Source: Candidatus Woesearchaeota archaeon
Lineage (GTDB): Archaea > Nanobdellota > Nanobdellia > Pacearchaeales > GW2011-AR1
DNA length: 64,000 nucleotides
Direction: 5' to 3'
Assembly (NCBI GenBank): GCA_964466575.1
Contig: CAYXNP010000005.1
Coordinates: 3,938-67,937 of the forward strand
How positions within the stretch are numbered: the first letter of the stretch is position 1; each line of letters starts with the position of its first letter. Positions 19,253 to 29,601 of the stretch are shown in pieces. The notes under the pieces are model-generated. The model saw only the letters and a list, made by a program, of their open reading frames with translations, searched no databases and was not told the origin of the DNA. The translations under genes and the position numbers were made by a program.

Positions 19253-20089
19253 TCATTCCTTCATATACTTCAACAGCGTCGGATATTTATCAATCTTGTC
19301 ATATTTCTCAATCTTCTTAGGAGAATTTCCCCACGCCGGACAAATGCTTTTGTATTCACACCAATCGCAAAGTGCAGATTTGCTGAACGGAAAATATCTT
19401 TCGTTTTCAATTTCTTTTATTAGTTTTTTTATTCTCTGAATAAGTTCTTCAAGCTGTTTGTTTGTTCTAGATGAATGAATCTCTTGATTATACGCAAGAT
19501 AATGCCAAATCAATTTCACTTCTTTGTCAAATCCATAAGTTCTTTTTATCGCGTAAGAATAAAGAGCTAATTGTCTGTCTTGTTCAAACCTTTCTCTCGA
19601 TGGAAGAGAATTTCCAGTCTTGTAATCATGAATCTCAAAGCGGTTGAGTTTTTTATTATGAACAAATCTGTCAATAAAACCAATTATATGATGCTCTTCA
19701 GTTTCATCCAAGGGCATTATAATTTTCTTCTCTGTCTCAAGCGTGCCGTCGTCAAACGGCTGATGTTTTATATAATAATCAAGAAGAAATCTAATGCCCA
19801 TCTCAAAATAACTTTTGTCAGTCAAATGACTTTTAACTATGAGAAAATTCGGAGAAAATCCTTCCCTCCACAAATCGCTGAAATAAACAATTAATTCATC
19901 TATTGTCGCCGTTTTTCCCTCCTCAATTTTCAATTTGTAAAGCCATTCAAGCACAGAGTGAACAACACCTCCAAGAAAACTCTCAATCGTCTCTTCAACT
20001 TCAACTTCAATTTTGTCAATATATTTGAATTTATATTTCAGTTTGCACTGTTCAAACGTAGAAAGCTTTGAATGAGAATACATTGCCAT
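19253..20089 (-). CDS. PD-(D/E)XK nuclease, RecB/Cas4-like with Fe-S Cys pattern
   Basis: YSHS...C, GFIDR, DYKTG, QLALY and CDWCEYKSIC motifs. Confidence 0.9.
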   Translation of the reverse strand: MAMYSHSKLSTFEQCKLKYKFKYIDKIEVEVEETIESFLGGVVHSVLEWLYKLKIEEGKTATIDELIVYFSDLWREGFSPNFLIVKSHLTDKSYFEMGIRFLLDYYIKHQPFDDGTLETEKKIIMPLDETEEHHIIGFIDRFVHNKKLNRFEIHDYKTGNSLPSRERFEQDRQLALYSYAIKRTYGFDKEVKLIWHYLAYNQEIHSSRTNKQLEELIQRIKKLIKEIENERYFPFSKSALCDWCEYKSICPAWGNSPKKIEKYDKIDKYPTLLKYMKE

Positions 20090-20135
20090 GAATTGAAAAA
20101 GAAAAGGAGGTTTTAAAGTTTTGTTGATATTTTAA

Positions 20136-21182
20136 TTAAGCAATATCATAGCGACCATTAATAGTATCAATCAATTCTTTTCCCCATGACTCTTTTTTAT
20201 ATGGTAAAACTTTCCTTATCAATTCCTCTTTCTGAGCAGAAGTCAAATTTCTAAGGCCACGATCTTGAAGAATAGGCACAAGGAATCTCATTAGTTCTGG
20301 TTGACTTGTAATTTCATTAGCCGCATTCCAAAATGATTCATCTGGAGAATAACTTTTTCCATTCTTTAACAAATCTGAGATCGTAGAAAGAGGAATCAAA
20401 GACAAATAAGCTTGAGGCATTGGATTAGCCATATATCCAGAAACATGTTCTAGCAAATTTGAAGGTCTTCCTTCGATCGCCCTAAGATGTAAATAAGGAG
20501 TCATATCTGCATCATTCACAGGATAATTATCCCACAAAAAAGGCTTTCTTCTAAAAGTTTCTTCAACTTCTACTAAGTGGTCGATAGTAATTTTCGGAGA
20601 AACAATTTTCGGACCTGTCCAAATTATCTCAACGCCATTAGGAATCAATCTTCCAATATCTTCAAAATATCCGTCGGGAATAAATCCTCCTCCAAATTCT
20701 TTATACAATGCAAAATCATACGAATAATAAGTTGGACAAAAAAGAATTTTTGCATTTGTTCTCTCAGTTACATATGAAACAATTTCAGATTGTCTTTTCG
20801 CAAGATCTGACACATTTCCATTCATATCATCAAATTGAAAAGAAATAACTTCAACACCAATATCTTCAATTGCTCGAAGTTTACTGCTCAAACTAGTCAG
20901 TGTATTATTATTCCAATTATTATAAATATTAAGAGGACTTAAACCAACACCATAATTAATGTCTTCCAAATGAAAAACATTTCCCAAATCTTGCAATTCA
21001 TCAAAAACATCGTCGGGAAAATCCTCTACCCATCTTTCTCTCAAAAAAGGGCTGTCCTTTGGAGAATTAATATATAAATTAAAACCTTTATTCTTAAGAA
21101 ATTCTGCGTGTTTTCTTCTTGCATCCATTGACCAAGGCTCTCCATAAAAACCCTCAATCTCTCCAACCAGTTGATTCTCCAT
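20136..21182 (-). CDS. GH84 beta-N-acetylglucosaminidase (O-GlcNAcase-like)
   Basis: IEGFYGEPWS, PKD, catalytic FDDM, CPTYY and WDNYPVND motifs. Confidence 0.88.
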   Translation of the reverse strand: MENQLVGEIEGFYGEPWSMDARRKHAEFLKNKGFNLYINSPKDSPFLRERWVEDFPDDVFDELQDLGNVFHLEDINYGVGLSPLNIYNNWNNNTLTSLSSKLRAIEDIGVEVISFQFDDMNGNVSDLAKRQSEIVSYVTERTNAKILFCPTYYSYDFALYKEFGGGFIPDGYFEDIGRLIPNGVEIIWTGPKIVSPKITIDHLVEVEETFRRKPFLWDNYPVNDADMTPYLHLRAIEGRPSNLLEHVSGYMANPMPQAYLSLIPLSTISDLLKNGKSYSPDESFWNAANEITSQPELMRFLVPILQDRGLRNLTSAQKEELIRKVLPYKKESWGKELIDTINGRYDIA

Positions 21183-21213
21183 AAACTAAAACAATATTAA
21201 CGCTTTATAAATT

Positions 21214-22401
21214 CTATTGAATTATCTCCCCAAACCCAATCAATCTCCAATGCCCGCCGATGTTTCTTGCAATTCCCACATTATCACCTTTCAATGCAAC
21301 AATCGGGATGTTCAATGTTAAATCCATATTTCCATTTTGAAGTTTTTCAACAATTCCGACGGTGATTGTCGTATTCACACTCAACATCAAAAATTCTTTT
21401 GTTTTAATAACCTCAACACCCTTATGTTCCTGAACTCCTAAAACTTCTTCGAATAAATTATATTTCAATTTTAATTTATGTGTAATCTCCGGGAGCTCGC
21501 CTTTTTTAGAAACTAAACAACCTGTCAAAGAATCGGTCTTAGTCAAAAAAGGATCAAGTTCTGTCTCAATTGAAATGCTAACTCCAGGAAAAACTTCATC
21601 AACATTAGAATTGCCTTTATGCAACGAAATAATTTTAGTCGTAAGAGTTTCGTAAACTTGCTGATTTGCTTTCTTCAAACTCAAACCCGGCTTAATTTCA
21701 ATTTCATCTCCAACTTTCAAAACACCTTGTTTCAAAATACCTCCAAGAACACCACCATTCAATTTTTCTATTTTTGTTCCAGGTTTATTTATATCAAAAC
21801 TTCTTGCTACAAGAAAAATCGGCTTGTCTTTTTTGTTCTTCTCTGGAATATCTAACTTAACAAGTTCTTCTAAAATTTTATCAATATTAATTTCCTGCTG
21901 CGCTGATACAGGAATAATCGGCGAACTTTCTGCAATAGTGCCCTTAACAAATTTTTTAATTTCATTATAATTTTTCAAAGCGTCTTCTTTTGAAACCAAA
22001 TCGATTTTATTCTGGACAATAATTATATTCTTAATATTTTTTGCCTGCAGTGCCATAAAATGTTCTTTTGTCTGTGGTTTAATTCCTTCTTGCGCAGACA
22101 CAACTAAAATCGCAGCGTCAATAATCGCCGCTCCGCTCAACATCGTCGCCATTAACATCTCGTGCCCCGGCGCATCTATAAAACTAATATATCTTACTGG
22201 TGTTCCTTTTTTAGTATTATAATTATTTCCTTCTTTGTAAATCACTGCATCAGCATAACCAAGCTTAATCGTAATTCCCCTCTTCAATTCTTCAGAGTGG
22301 GTGTCAGTAAACTTTCCAGTAATCTTACTCAACAGCGTCGTCTTTCCGTGGTCAATATGCCCGACAACTCCCACATTTAATTCTGGTATTTGTTTTGTCA
22401 T
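21214..22401 (-). CDS. eif2g: Translation initiation factor aIF2 gamma
   Basis: GHIDHGKTT, RGITIKLGYA, DAPGHE, NKID and WRLIGFG motifs. Confidence 0.97.
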   Translation of the reverse strand: MTKQIPELNVGVVGHIDHGKTTLLSKITGKFTDTHSEELKRGITIKLGYADAVIYKEGNNYNTKKGTPVRYISFIDAPGHEMLMATMLSGAAIIDAAILVVSAQEGIKPQTKEHFMALQAKNIKNIIIVQNKIDLVSKEDALKNYNEIKKFVKGTIAESSPIIPVSAQQEINIDKILEELVKLDIPEKNKKDKPIFLVARSFDINKPGTKIEKLNGGVLGGILKQGVLKVGDEIEIKPGLSLKKANQQVYETLTTKIISLHKGNSNVDEVFPGVSISIETELDPFLTKTDSLTGCLVSKKGELPEITHKLKLKYNLFEEVLGVQEHKGVEVIKTKEFLMLSVNTTITVGIVEKLQNGNMDLTLNIPIVALKGDNVGIARNIGGHWRLIGFGEIIQ

Positions 22402-22464
22402 AAAAATTAGAGAAATGGTTAGGTTAAAAGGGTTTTGGTTCGGCTTAAGTTGGTGGTATCCGAA

Positions 22465-22737
22465 AATTACTTCTTACTTCGTTCGAAAATTTATTGCGAC
22501 TTCAAATCTGTAAGGCACCTACGGTTCCTTGACAATCAACCTCCCTTAAACTTGCAGGATTTTCCGTCGAGAAAAATGATAACAATATATCTCAAAATTT
22601 ATGGATTAACAATTTCTTAGTGAAGAGCCTAAGCCGAGCGTTTACGTTTTGACTAATTTGAATTATCAATAGCAAAGTCAAGGCGCGAGTAGAAGCCATT
22701 AATCTTTGCGAAGCAAGAAAATTTACGTATAAAAAAT
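22465..22737. repeat. Long composite hairpin repeat, copy 1
   Basis: ~165 bp nearly identical to 35991-36156, then a variable insert, then a shared end. Confidence 0.9.
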
Positions 22738-22788
22738 AGTGATATATGTCATGGCCCTACACATGTTGGCTTAAGTTCTTCTAACATA

Positions 22789-23091
22789 CTACAATAAATC
22801 GCTGCGGGAAGTTCTTCTAACAGTTTTTATGCCATTCCTAATTCCAAAATAAATCGCTGCGGGAATAGAAAGCAAAGCATCAACTAATGTAAGATTTTGT
22901 TTATCATCCCTCCTTTGCCTTGCCCTATATTCTTTCAAGGAAATAGCATCTCTCATACAATCACTTTCGCTTGATAATTGTCTTAACACAGTATTATGAT
23001 TCCTTATCATTTCAGATTCAGTCAAACCATCATCTGGAAGTTCGTATATGGTTGCTAAACCCTCACGTCTGCATCCGTATCCCTTTGTCAT
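22789..23091 (-). CDS. Hypothetical protein
   Basis: 100-aa ORF coupled to the upstream ORF. Confidence 0.6.
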   Translation of the reverse strand: MTKGYGCRREGLATIYELPDDGLTESEMIRNHNTVLRQLSSESDCMRDAISLKEYRARQRRDDKQNLTLVDALLSIPAAIYFGIRNGIKTVRRTSRSDLL

Positions 23092-23570
23092 TTTATTTCA
23101 TTTTCCTCGAGGGAATTTAATCTATAAACCCCCATCTTTGCAAATTCCCTGCAAAATCTTCGCCTCGCTAAAGCCAAAGGATTGCCCATTTCAACCAATC
23201 CAATATTTTCCTTATATCTTTCAAAATCTTTTTCATCTCCAAAGTGTTTTATCTGATTCGGAGTTATAACTTTAATTTTTGGATCTGGAACATATCCAAC
23301 AATTTCTCCAAAGAAAGGATTTGCCTTGAATAAATTTATTGCACCTAATCTATCTAATTCTCTATAAGTCTCCGGAGTAACAATCATATAATCAACCCTT
23401 CCTTCTTCATGTTCAAAACTTTCAATACACCTATCAATTTTTCTTTCTAATTCAGTTTCTTTCATTCGTTTTAAGTTTTCTGATTCTTCTCTTTGTCTTT
23501 CAGTTTCTCTGAATAAATGACCATAAAGATTTTCAGCAGCATCCCAAGAGTCACCAAAATTCAAATTCAT
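23088..23570 (-). CDS. Hypothetical protein
   Basis: ATG lies directly after the rps6e stop. Confidence 0.65.
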   Translation of the reverse strand: MNLNFGDSWDAAENLYGHLFRETERQREESENLKRMKETELERKIDRCIESFEHEEGRVDYMIVTPETYRELDRLGAINLFKANPFFGEIVGYVPDPKIKVITPNQIKHFGDEKDFERYKENIGLVEMGNPLALARRRFCREFAKMGVYRLNSLEENEIK

Positions 23571-23571
23571 T

Positions 23572-24093
23572 TTACTCCTCCCCACCAACCTCTTCTGATT
23601 TTTCTTCTTTCACTTCTTTCGGAGTATTCTTTTTATTCGCTCTTTTCACTTTCCGATTTTCCTTCGGCTCCTTTTTTTTAGCTTGGTCAGAAAAAACCTG
23701 CTCAAGTTTCTTCTCACCTTCGTTAATAATTTTTAAATTAATTTGAGCAACATGATTTGAAATTGTATTGCCTCTAACAGTTTTTCTCAATCGAAGACCT
23801 TTTGGTTTATTATCGCTTCTTTTTCGCTTGCCTTCGTGCTTTGGGCGTTTGTGCATTCCTTTTTCATAACTCAAAAGTTGCTTGCTATAACCAACACCCT
23901 CTGCATTTTCAACTAAAGGAAAACCAGAACTATCGCTTGCTCCGGAAATCTCAAATTCATAACCTTTCAAATCCGGCAAAACTTCGTTTCCAGGAATCTT
24001 CTCGTGAAGTTTCTTTCCATCAAAGCTCTCACTCTCTAACTCAAGCTTATACGTCCTCCCATCTTTTGACGCAATATTAATTTTGAAAACCAT
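23572..24093 (-). CDS. rps6e: Ribosomal protein S6e
   Basis: FKINI...GYEFEISGASDSSGFP...RKTVRGN...QINLKI. Confidence 0.95.
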   Translation of the reverse strand: MVFKINIASKDGRTYKLELESESFDGKKLHEKIPGNEVLPDLKGYEFEISGASDSSGFPLVENAEGVGYSKQLLSYEKGMHKRPKHEGKRKRSDNKPKGLRLRKTVRGNTISNHVAQINLKIINEGEKKLEQVFSDQAKKKEPKENRKVKRANKKNTPKEVKEEKSEEVGGEE

Positions 24094-24142
24094 AATTATC
24101 TGTGAGAAAATAGGTTTAAAAGACTTTTGGCGAGAACACTAA

Positions 24143-24466
24143 TTATATTCCACCCATAGCAGTTTCTTTTTCATATTCTTCTTTTGCCAATTCTCTAATA
24201 GAAAATCCACAAGCACCTAATACTCTTTCTACAGAATCATCTAAAGGTTGTTTTACCGCTGCATAAAAATAAGTGAGTTTTTTGAAATCTAAACCGCCTT
24301 CACTTAGTGGTTCAACAACCTCATTTGTTGCTCTAAGAAAACTTTCAGTTCTTCTAGTTCTTCTAAAATCACCTAAAGCTACAAGTGCTTTTTCCAAAGG
24401 AGATAATTCAGATATCTTTTGTGTTTTATTTCCATCATACTTAATTTCATAGTATACGTCTGTCAT
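24143..24466 (-). CDS. Hypothetical protein
   Basis: 107-aa ORF with a TATA-like element upstream. Confidence 0.6.
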   Translation of the reverse strand: MTDVYYEIKYDGNKTQKISELSPLEKALVALGDFRRTRRTESFLRATNEVVEPLSEGGLDFKKLTYFYAAVKQPLDDSVERVLGACGFSIRELAKEEYEKETAMGGI

Positions 24467-24583
24467 AAAATAAGTCTTTTACTGTAATTTATAAAACTTT
24501 TGTTTAACCAACCAACTAATAAATATCACCTCTTTTTTGTTGAACAATTATATTCAAAGGTTTATGCATTAATTTTATCTTAA

Positions 24584-24646
24584 GCGAAAAGCCGTGCGTC
24601 TAACCGGCTTGTAGCCACATATTCTCGCGAGTTTACGAGCGCTAAT
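24584..24646 (+). repeat. Structured repeat: module B plus module A
   Basis: GC-GAA-AAGCCG..CGGCTT-GTA-GC, then CGC-GA-GT-TT-AC-GA-GCG-CTAAT. Confidence 0.75.
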
Positions 24647-24844
24647 TCACCTTACCACAACACCCAATATCAAAAGAACAATAGCAATAACAATCTCTGC
24701 CATTCCCAGCTTACGCATCAATTTCGGGGTTTCCATCAGCGAAGTTACAATCTTCTTCGCCCAATTAGGCCACAAAAGAACAATAATTCCTTCGAGCAAA
24801 GCCAGCATTCCAACAGTCACAAATACAGTGCCAAAATCAACCAT
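24647..24844 (-). CDS. DUF2065-like small membrane protein
   Basis: LEG...P..K...RKLG two-TM pattern. Confidence 0.7.
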   Translation of the reverse strand: MVDFGTVFVTVGMLALLEGIIVLLWPNWAKKIVTSLMETPKLMRKLGMAEIVIAIVLLILGVVVR

Positions 24845-25022
24845 TTTTTCCCAACAATATATTTTTAATTTTATCTCCGTTTCTTATAAAAAAATCCTTA
24901 ATCTCAGGAAAATAAATAATAAACACAACAATAAAAAATATAATTACTAATATTAAAATAATTTTCAATAGCATTCTAAAATAATATCTTCTCAAACCCG
25001 CCGGAGGATAATAAGTTTTCAT
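24837..25022 (-). CDS. Small single-TM protein
   Basis: Hydrophobic helix; GAGG Shine-Dalgarno; overlaps the next start. Confidence 0.6.
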   Translation of the reverse strand: MKTYYPPAGLRRYYFRMLLKIILILVIIFFIVVFIIYFPEIKDFFIRNGDKIKNILLGKNG

Positions 25023-25300
25023 GTCGCCTCTTTTCCTATTTAATAATTAAATCCTGAATTTAAAAATGTATCATTCAGCGTAGGCTACATCCCACATTAC
25101 AAAAAATCAATTTAATTAAATCAGAGATTTTGTTTGGTATTAGGGTGGGACACAGTTTGGGCGAGTGATTTCACGTTTGGGTGGGTTTTCGTTCGCGGGT
25201 GGAGTGGGGTCGCGAGTTGGGCATATGATAACAAACAAAATCCCCAAAAGAATTTAATTTGGAATGTAACCTTCAGCGTAAGAATATTTATATAAATCCC

Positions 25301-25708
25301 ATGTCAAATTCAAAAATGACAAAAAAGCAAAAAGGATTTTGGAATAGATTTGTAGAATTCAGTGCAATGCAAACAGCAATGCTTCACGCAATGCCAACCT
25401 ATTTTAGAAAAAATGACGACGAATATATTGATCCAAAAGAAAAATCATCAATGATGGAATGCGCGGGCGCCATTTACGGCGGAATATTGGGAATGACATT
25501 ATTTACAGGAGAAGTTATCTCGTACACATTCTCATTTATGAATTTAGCTCCAGACACTAATTTAAATTTTCCTTTTACAGAACAGGGAGTTCCAGAAGAA
25601 CTTTTATTAATACCTCCAATAACAAATACACTATCTTTAATATATGAAGGAATTCGTGGAAAAATAATTGAAAGAAAAAATAGGAACTTAGAAGATAAAA
25701 TTGAATGA
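25301..25708 (+). CDS. Hypothetical membrane-associated protein
   Basis: ATG follows a TTTATAAA box; has a hydrophobic segment. Confidence 0.6.
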   Translation: MSNSKMTKKQKGFWNRFVEFSAMQTAMLHAMPTYFRKNDDEYIDPKEKSSMMECAGAIYGGILGMTLFTGEVISYTFSFMNLAPDTNLNFPFTEQGVPEELLLIPPITNTLSLIYEGIRGKIIERKNRNLEDKIE

Positions 25709-25749
25709 TTATATTCTCCAAGTTTAATATTAGGTCTTCTTTTCTAAAC

Positions 25750-26337
25750 TTATTTCTTCCAATCTCCAGCTAAAAATCTATTGCTCCCATTAACAAGATG
25801 CCAATTATGAGGGTTGGATGTTTGAAGACTTTTCCATAATTTCTTAGCCGATTGTGTGTGAAGCTTGTTTAATACTTCATCTCTTAACTTTCTCTGATTA
25901 TTTGGAAGAGTATGTCCCATTGCAACCTGTTCTTGTAATTCAAAATCTCCATCAAGAATGTCTGCATCTTTAACTATCTTAGATTCAATACTTTCATGTT
26001 TTTCATATTCTTTCCCTAATTCAATTAATTCCTCCAAAGATGTTTCTTGTAATGTTTCACAAAGTGCGCCTTCATTATTTCTTTTTGTAAATTGCCTTGA
26101 AAGATAATTTACATCTCCAGTCCTGCTTTCTGCTAAATCATGAATTAATGCCATTTTTATTATTTTATCTGTATTTGAGATTCCTTCATTTTTAGCTAAT
26201 ACTAGAGAGATAAATATTACTCTCAGTGTATGCTCAGCTACATTTTGAACATCAGGGTTCAAAAATTGTCTCCACGTTCTTTGTATGAAACGAAGACAAC
26301 CTACTTCATATAAAAGGTCTATATCTTTATTTTTCAT
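25750..26337 (-). CDS. HD-domain hydrolase (YfbR/5'-deoxynucleotidase-like)
   Basis: RTW...VAEH...MALIHDLAESRTGD...KDAD. Confidence 0.88.
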   Translation of the reverse strand: MKNKDIDLLYEVGCLRFIQRTWRQFLNPDVQNVAEHTLRVIFISLVLAKNEGISNTDKIIKMALIHDLAESRTGDVNYLSRQFTKRNNEGALCETLQETSLEELIELGKEYEKHESIESKIVKDADILDGDFELQEQVAMGHTLPNNQRKLRDEVLNKLHTQSAKKLWKSLQTSNPHNWHLVNGSNRFLAGDWKK

Positions 26338-26444
26338 TTTACAATTTATTAATTACTTAAGGGTAGTTACTATATTTAAGTGTTGTGTTTCTTTAAGGGG
26401 GATACTATAATAAGGTTTTTAATGCCAAAAAACATAGTATATTT

Positions 26445-27200
26445 ATGGATAAGAAATTATTTTATGATATAGGATTAACAAAAGGTGAATGTGAAGTTTA
26501 TTTGGCTTTATTAAAAATTGGATATTCTTCAATTGGAAATATAGTTGAGGAATCAAAAGTAACAAAATCAAAAGTTTATGACATCCTTTATAGATTAAAA
26601 GATAAGGGTTTAGTATCAGTATTCGTAAAAAATAATGTTCATTATTACAATGCAGCATCGCCAAATTTCCTAAATGAGATTGTTAATAAAAAGGAAAAGA
26701 TTATTCATGAGCAACAATCTGAACTTCAAAAATTAATCCCTTCACTTTTATCAATGCAAGCACCTTCATCACAAAAAGAAAGAGCAGAGATATATGAAGG
26801 ATTTCAAGGAATGAAAAATGCTTTTGAAACTCTTGTAAATGAATTTGAGAAAGATAAAGAATTTCTTGTTCTTGGCGTCGATAAAACTCTAACTCAACAA
26901 CAACTTAATTTCTTTATTCAGTATCATCAAAGAAAAGTCAAAGCAAAAGTAATTACTAAAGTAATATTTACATCTAATTTAAGAGGAATTAAAGAATATC
27001 ACTTAAAACAAGATAAATATAATGAAGAAAGATATTTCAATCAAACGAGTGCAGTTCCTATAAATATTTACAAAGATTTTGTCCTCATTCCATTGATTGA
27101 AAAAGGTGAAAAAGAAACTACTATTCTTATCCATAATAGAAAACTCGCAAGAGGATTTAGAGAATATTTTAATACATTATGGAAGATTTCCAAACCTTAA
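26445..27200 (+). CDS. TrmB-family transcriptional regulator
   Basis: IGLTKGECEVYLALL...VYDILYRLKDKGLV. Confidence 0.85.
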   Translation: MDKKLFYDIGLTKGECEVYLALLKIGYSSIGNIVEESKVTKSKVYDILYRLKDKGLVSVFVKNNVHYYNAASPNFLNEIVNKKEKIIHEQQSELQKLIPSLLSMQAPSSQKERAEIYEGFQGMKNAFETLVNEFEKDKEFLVLGVDKTLTQQQLNFFIQYHQRKVKAKVITKVIFTSNLRGIKEYHLKQDKYNEERYFNQTSAVPINIYKDFVLIPLIEKGEKETTILIHNRKLARGFREYFNTLWKISKP

Positions 27201-28957
27201 ATTCCCCACTCCCCCTTCCCCTTCCTTTTAACTTCTGCAATTTCCTGCAAAGTTTTAATCTCGCTCTGCGACAATAAATCTTTATTCTTTTTGAATTTCT
27301 TAAATTGCGATTCGCTCAAATCAGTATACAAAGTTTCAATATCACCAAGTCGTCTTTCAAAATTTGTTCCGGGCAGTGAAATCGCAATTTCCATTCCTTC
27401 CGACGCTGAATCAACAGATTTATTCTCCGACTGAATATTTTTTACACGGCTGACTTTTTCTCCTTTATTATCAATCAATTGCAAATTTTGTTTTAATTTC
27501 CCGGCTTCAACTTTAACTCCAAAAATCGCAGGATTAGAATTCCGAAAAACATATTTATGCAAAATCGTCAATTTACAAATCGCCGCCAATTCCATTAATC
27601 TTCGTTTTTCAATTTCGCCAGATTTATTTTTTCTCCATTCATCCAAGTTTTCAATAAGTTTGTAAACAACTTCATCAGTCAAAAAATGAATTCCTTTTAT
27701 TCCCTTTGCCAATTCCTTGGCATCCTCGTCAATATTAACATTAAATCCAACAACAATCGCGTCAATTTCATTAATATCTAAATTCGCCTTTGCAGAAATA
27801 ATATCTGTCTTGTTAATATTTCCAATTCCAACTTTCACAACAGGAACATGCGACTGCTCTAACATAACCAACAGCGCCTCCAAACTTCCCAGCGAATCAG
27901 CCTTCGCAATAATTCCGCTCTTCGAAGTTTTAACCACCTCACTAATTTCTTTCTTAAATTCTTTTTCTAAATCTTTTTTATTATTCTTAAAAATAACAAA
28001 CGGCATTCCAGGCAAAACATTTTCTTTCTCAACTAATTGCAATCTCAATCCAGTCGAAGCAGTAACCTCTTTCTTTGCTTTAAATTTTGAAGACAATGGT
28101 AAAACCTCCTCGAGAATCCTAATTTTTGAAATAATAACAGACGAACTATCGGTTCCAGGAAAATTCGCAATAGCAATCGTGTCGCTGTTTTTTAAAATGC
28201 CGTCATACAAAATCGCCTCTGCGTAATTAATTGTCTTTTCTTTTTTAACTTCTAAAATAATTCCCTTCGCCTCTTTATTCAATTTCAACCTATCTCCAAG
28301 ATACTTCTGGCTAATCCCGCACAAAACCATTGTCAATTCCTGCAAACCTTCTTTTGTCCTCGCTGAAACAGGCACAATCGCAATCTTTTTTGTAAAATCG
28401 TTCATGTTATAAAATAAATCTGATTCAAAACCATGACTATGCAGCGCGCCTTCCAAAATAAAAAGTCTTTCATCAAACGGCCGCCTTACATTCTGCGCTT
28501 GCGACTCAATCGATTCCTTAATTCCTTTATCTTTTTGAATTTGCCAGCCGGAAATATTATCAATCTTATTTAAAGCGATAAGAAACGGTGTCTTATTATG
28601 TTTTAAAATCTGTATAACTTCTGCAGTCTGTGGTTTAATTCCTTCGTTAATGTCAATAACTAAAACAGCCAAATCAGCCAAACTCCCGCCGCGTTTTCGT
28701 AAATTCGTGAACGCTGCATGTCCTGGTGTGTCAATAAATAAAAAACCAGGTATATCTAATTTAATTCCGGATTTCTCAATTAAAGGGCAGGATTTTTTTA
28801 ATTCATCGCTAGGCATCAAAGTAAAACTAATTTTCTGTGTAATCCCACCAGCCTCGCCTTTCTGAACTGAAGTCGAACGCAAACTATCCAGTATGGATGT
28901 CTTTCCATGATCAACATGCCCGCATACAGTTACAATTGGTTGTCTTAAATTTAGCAT
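27197..28957 (-). CDS. infB: Translation initiation factor aIF5B (IF-2)
   Basis: LRQPIVTVCGHVDHGKTS, EAGGITQ, DTPGH and GSLEAL motifs. Confidence 0.97.
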   Translation of the reverse strand: MLNLRQPIVTVCGHVDHGKTSILDSLRSTSVQKGEAGGITQKISFTLMPSDELKKSCPLIEKSGIKLDIPGFLFIDTPGHAAFTNLRKRGGSLADLAVLVIDINEGIKPQTAEVIQILKHNKTPFLIALNKIDNISGWQIQKDKGIKESIESQAQNVRRPFDERLFILEGALHSHGFESDLFYNMNDFTKKIAIVPVSARTKEGLQELTMVLCGISQKYLGDRLKLNKEAKGIILEVKKEKTINYAEAILYDGILKNSDTIAIANFPGTDSSSVIISKIRILEEVLPLSSKFKAKKEVTASTGLRLQLVEKENVLPGMPFVIFKNNKKDLEKEFKKEISEVVKTSKSGIIAKADSLGSLEALLVMLEQSHVPVVKVGIGNINKTDIISAKANLDINEIDAIVVGFNVNIDEDAKELAKGIKGIHFLTDEVVYKLIENLDEWRKNKSGEIEKRRLMELAAICKLTILHKYVFRNSNPAIFGVKVEAGKLKQNLQLIDNKGEKVSRVKNIQSENKSVDSASEGMEIAISLPGTNFERRLGDIETLYTDLSESQFKKFKKNKDLLSQSEIKTLQEIAEVKRKGKGEWGI

Positions 28958-29007
28958 AATAACTTAAAATTCATAATCTTTAAAAAGGTTAATATTTGTA
29001 AATTTTG

Positions 29008-29340
29008 ATGACACCCCTCGGAATTAGTTACACTGGAAACCAAGAATATGCAAAACTGGACCAAAGACCAATTTATTTGAAACAAGGTTTAGATAATTTA
29101 GAAGAATCAATAAAGTTGCTTGCTTCAGATAGCCAATCTCAAGACGGCGGAGTCCTTTATCATATAAGCGACACAAAAAAAGCATATGTACGTAACTCTA
29201 AAAAAGATAAACAAGAAAAAAGAACATTAGTATATTTAATAGATAGAAGTGAAGAGAGTTTATTGAAATGGGCAGAAACACTTGGATTACCCTTTAAGTT
29301 GCATAAAGTAGAACAACTAAAATTAGCAGAATCAAAATAA
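29008..29340 (+). CDS. Hypothetical protein
   Basis: 110-aa ORF divergent from infB. Confidence 0.55.
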   Translation: MTPLGISYTGNQEYAKLDQRPIYLKQGLDNLEESIKLLASDSQSQDGGVLYHISDTKKAYVRNSKKDKQEKRTLVYLIDRSEESLLKWAETLGLPFKLHKVEQLKLAESK

Positions 29341-29601
29341 TCATTATATTAAATCAGTTTAGACAACATACTGTTAAGTAAACCCTATCTTAATCTGAAA
29401 AACCCAATAAACCCAAAATTGTGCTCACTTTGTTCGCATATCTTTATAGTTAATATTATCCGACGAAGTCGCAAATTTTATAATTAAATATCTTAGATAA
29501 TCTAAATATTAATATGTTTGTTTGACTACAAGAAATGTTAAGTTAGCAACTTGACTTAACACATACACAAATTAGTTAAATTTCAGTATACTTGTTAAAA
29601 T

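Noticed and set aside
29341-29601. Replication origin in an AT-rich intergenic region with palindromes
   Set aside because: No cdc6/orc1 gene or ORB-like repeats; the hairpins resemble the dispersed repeat family.
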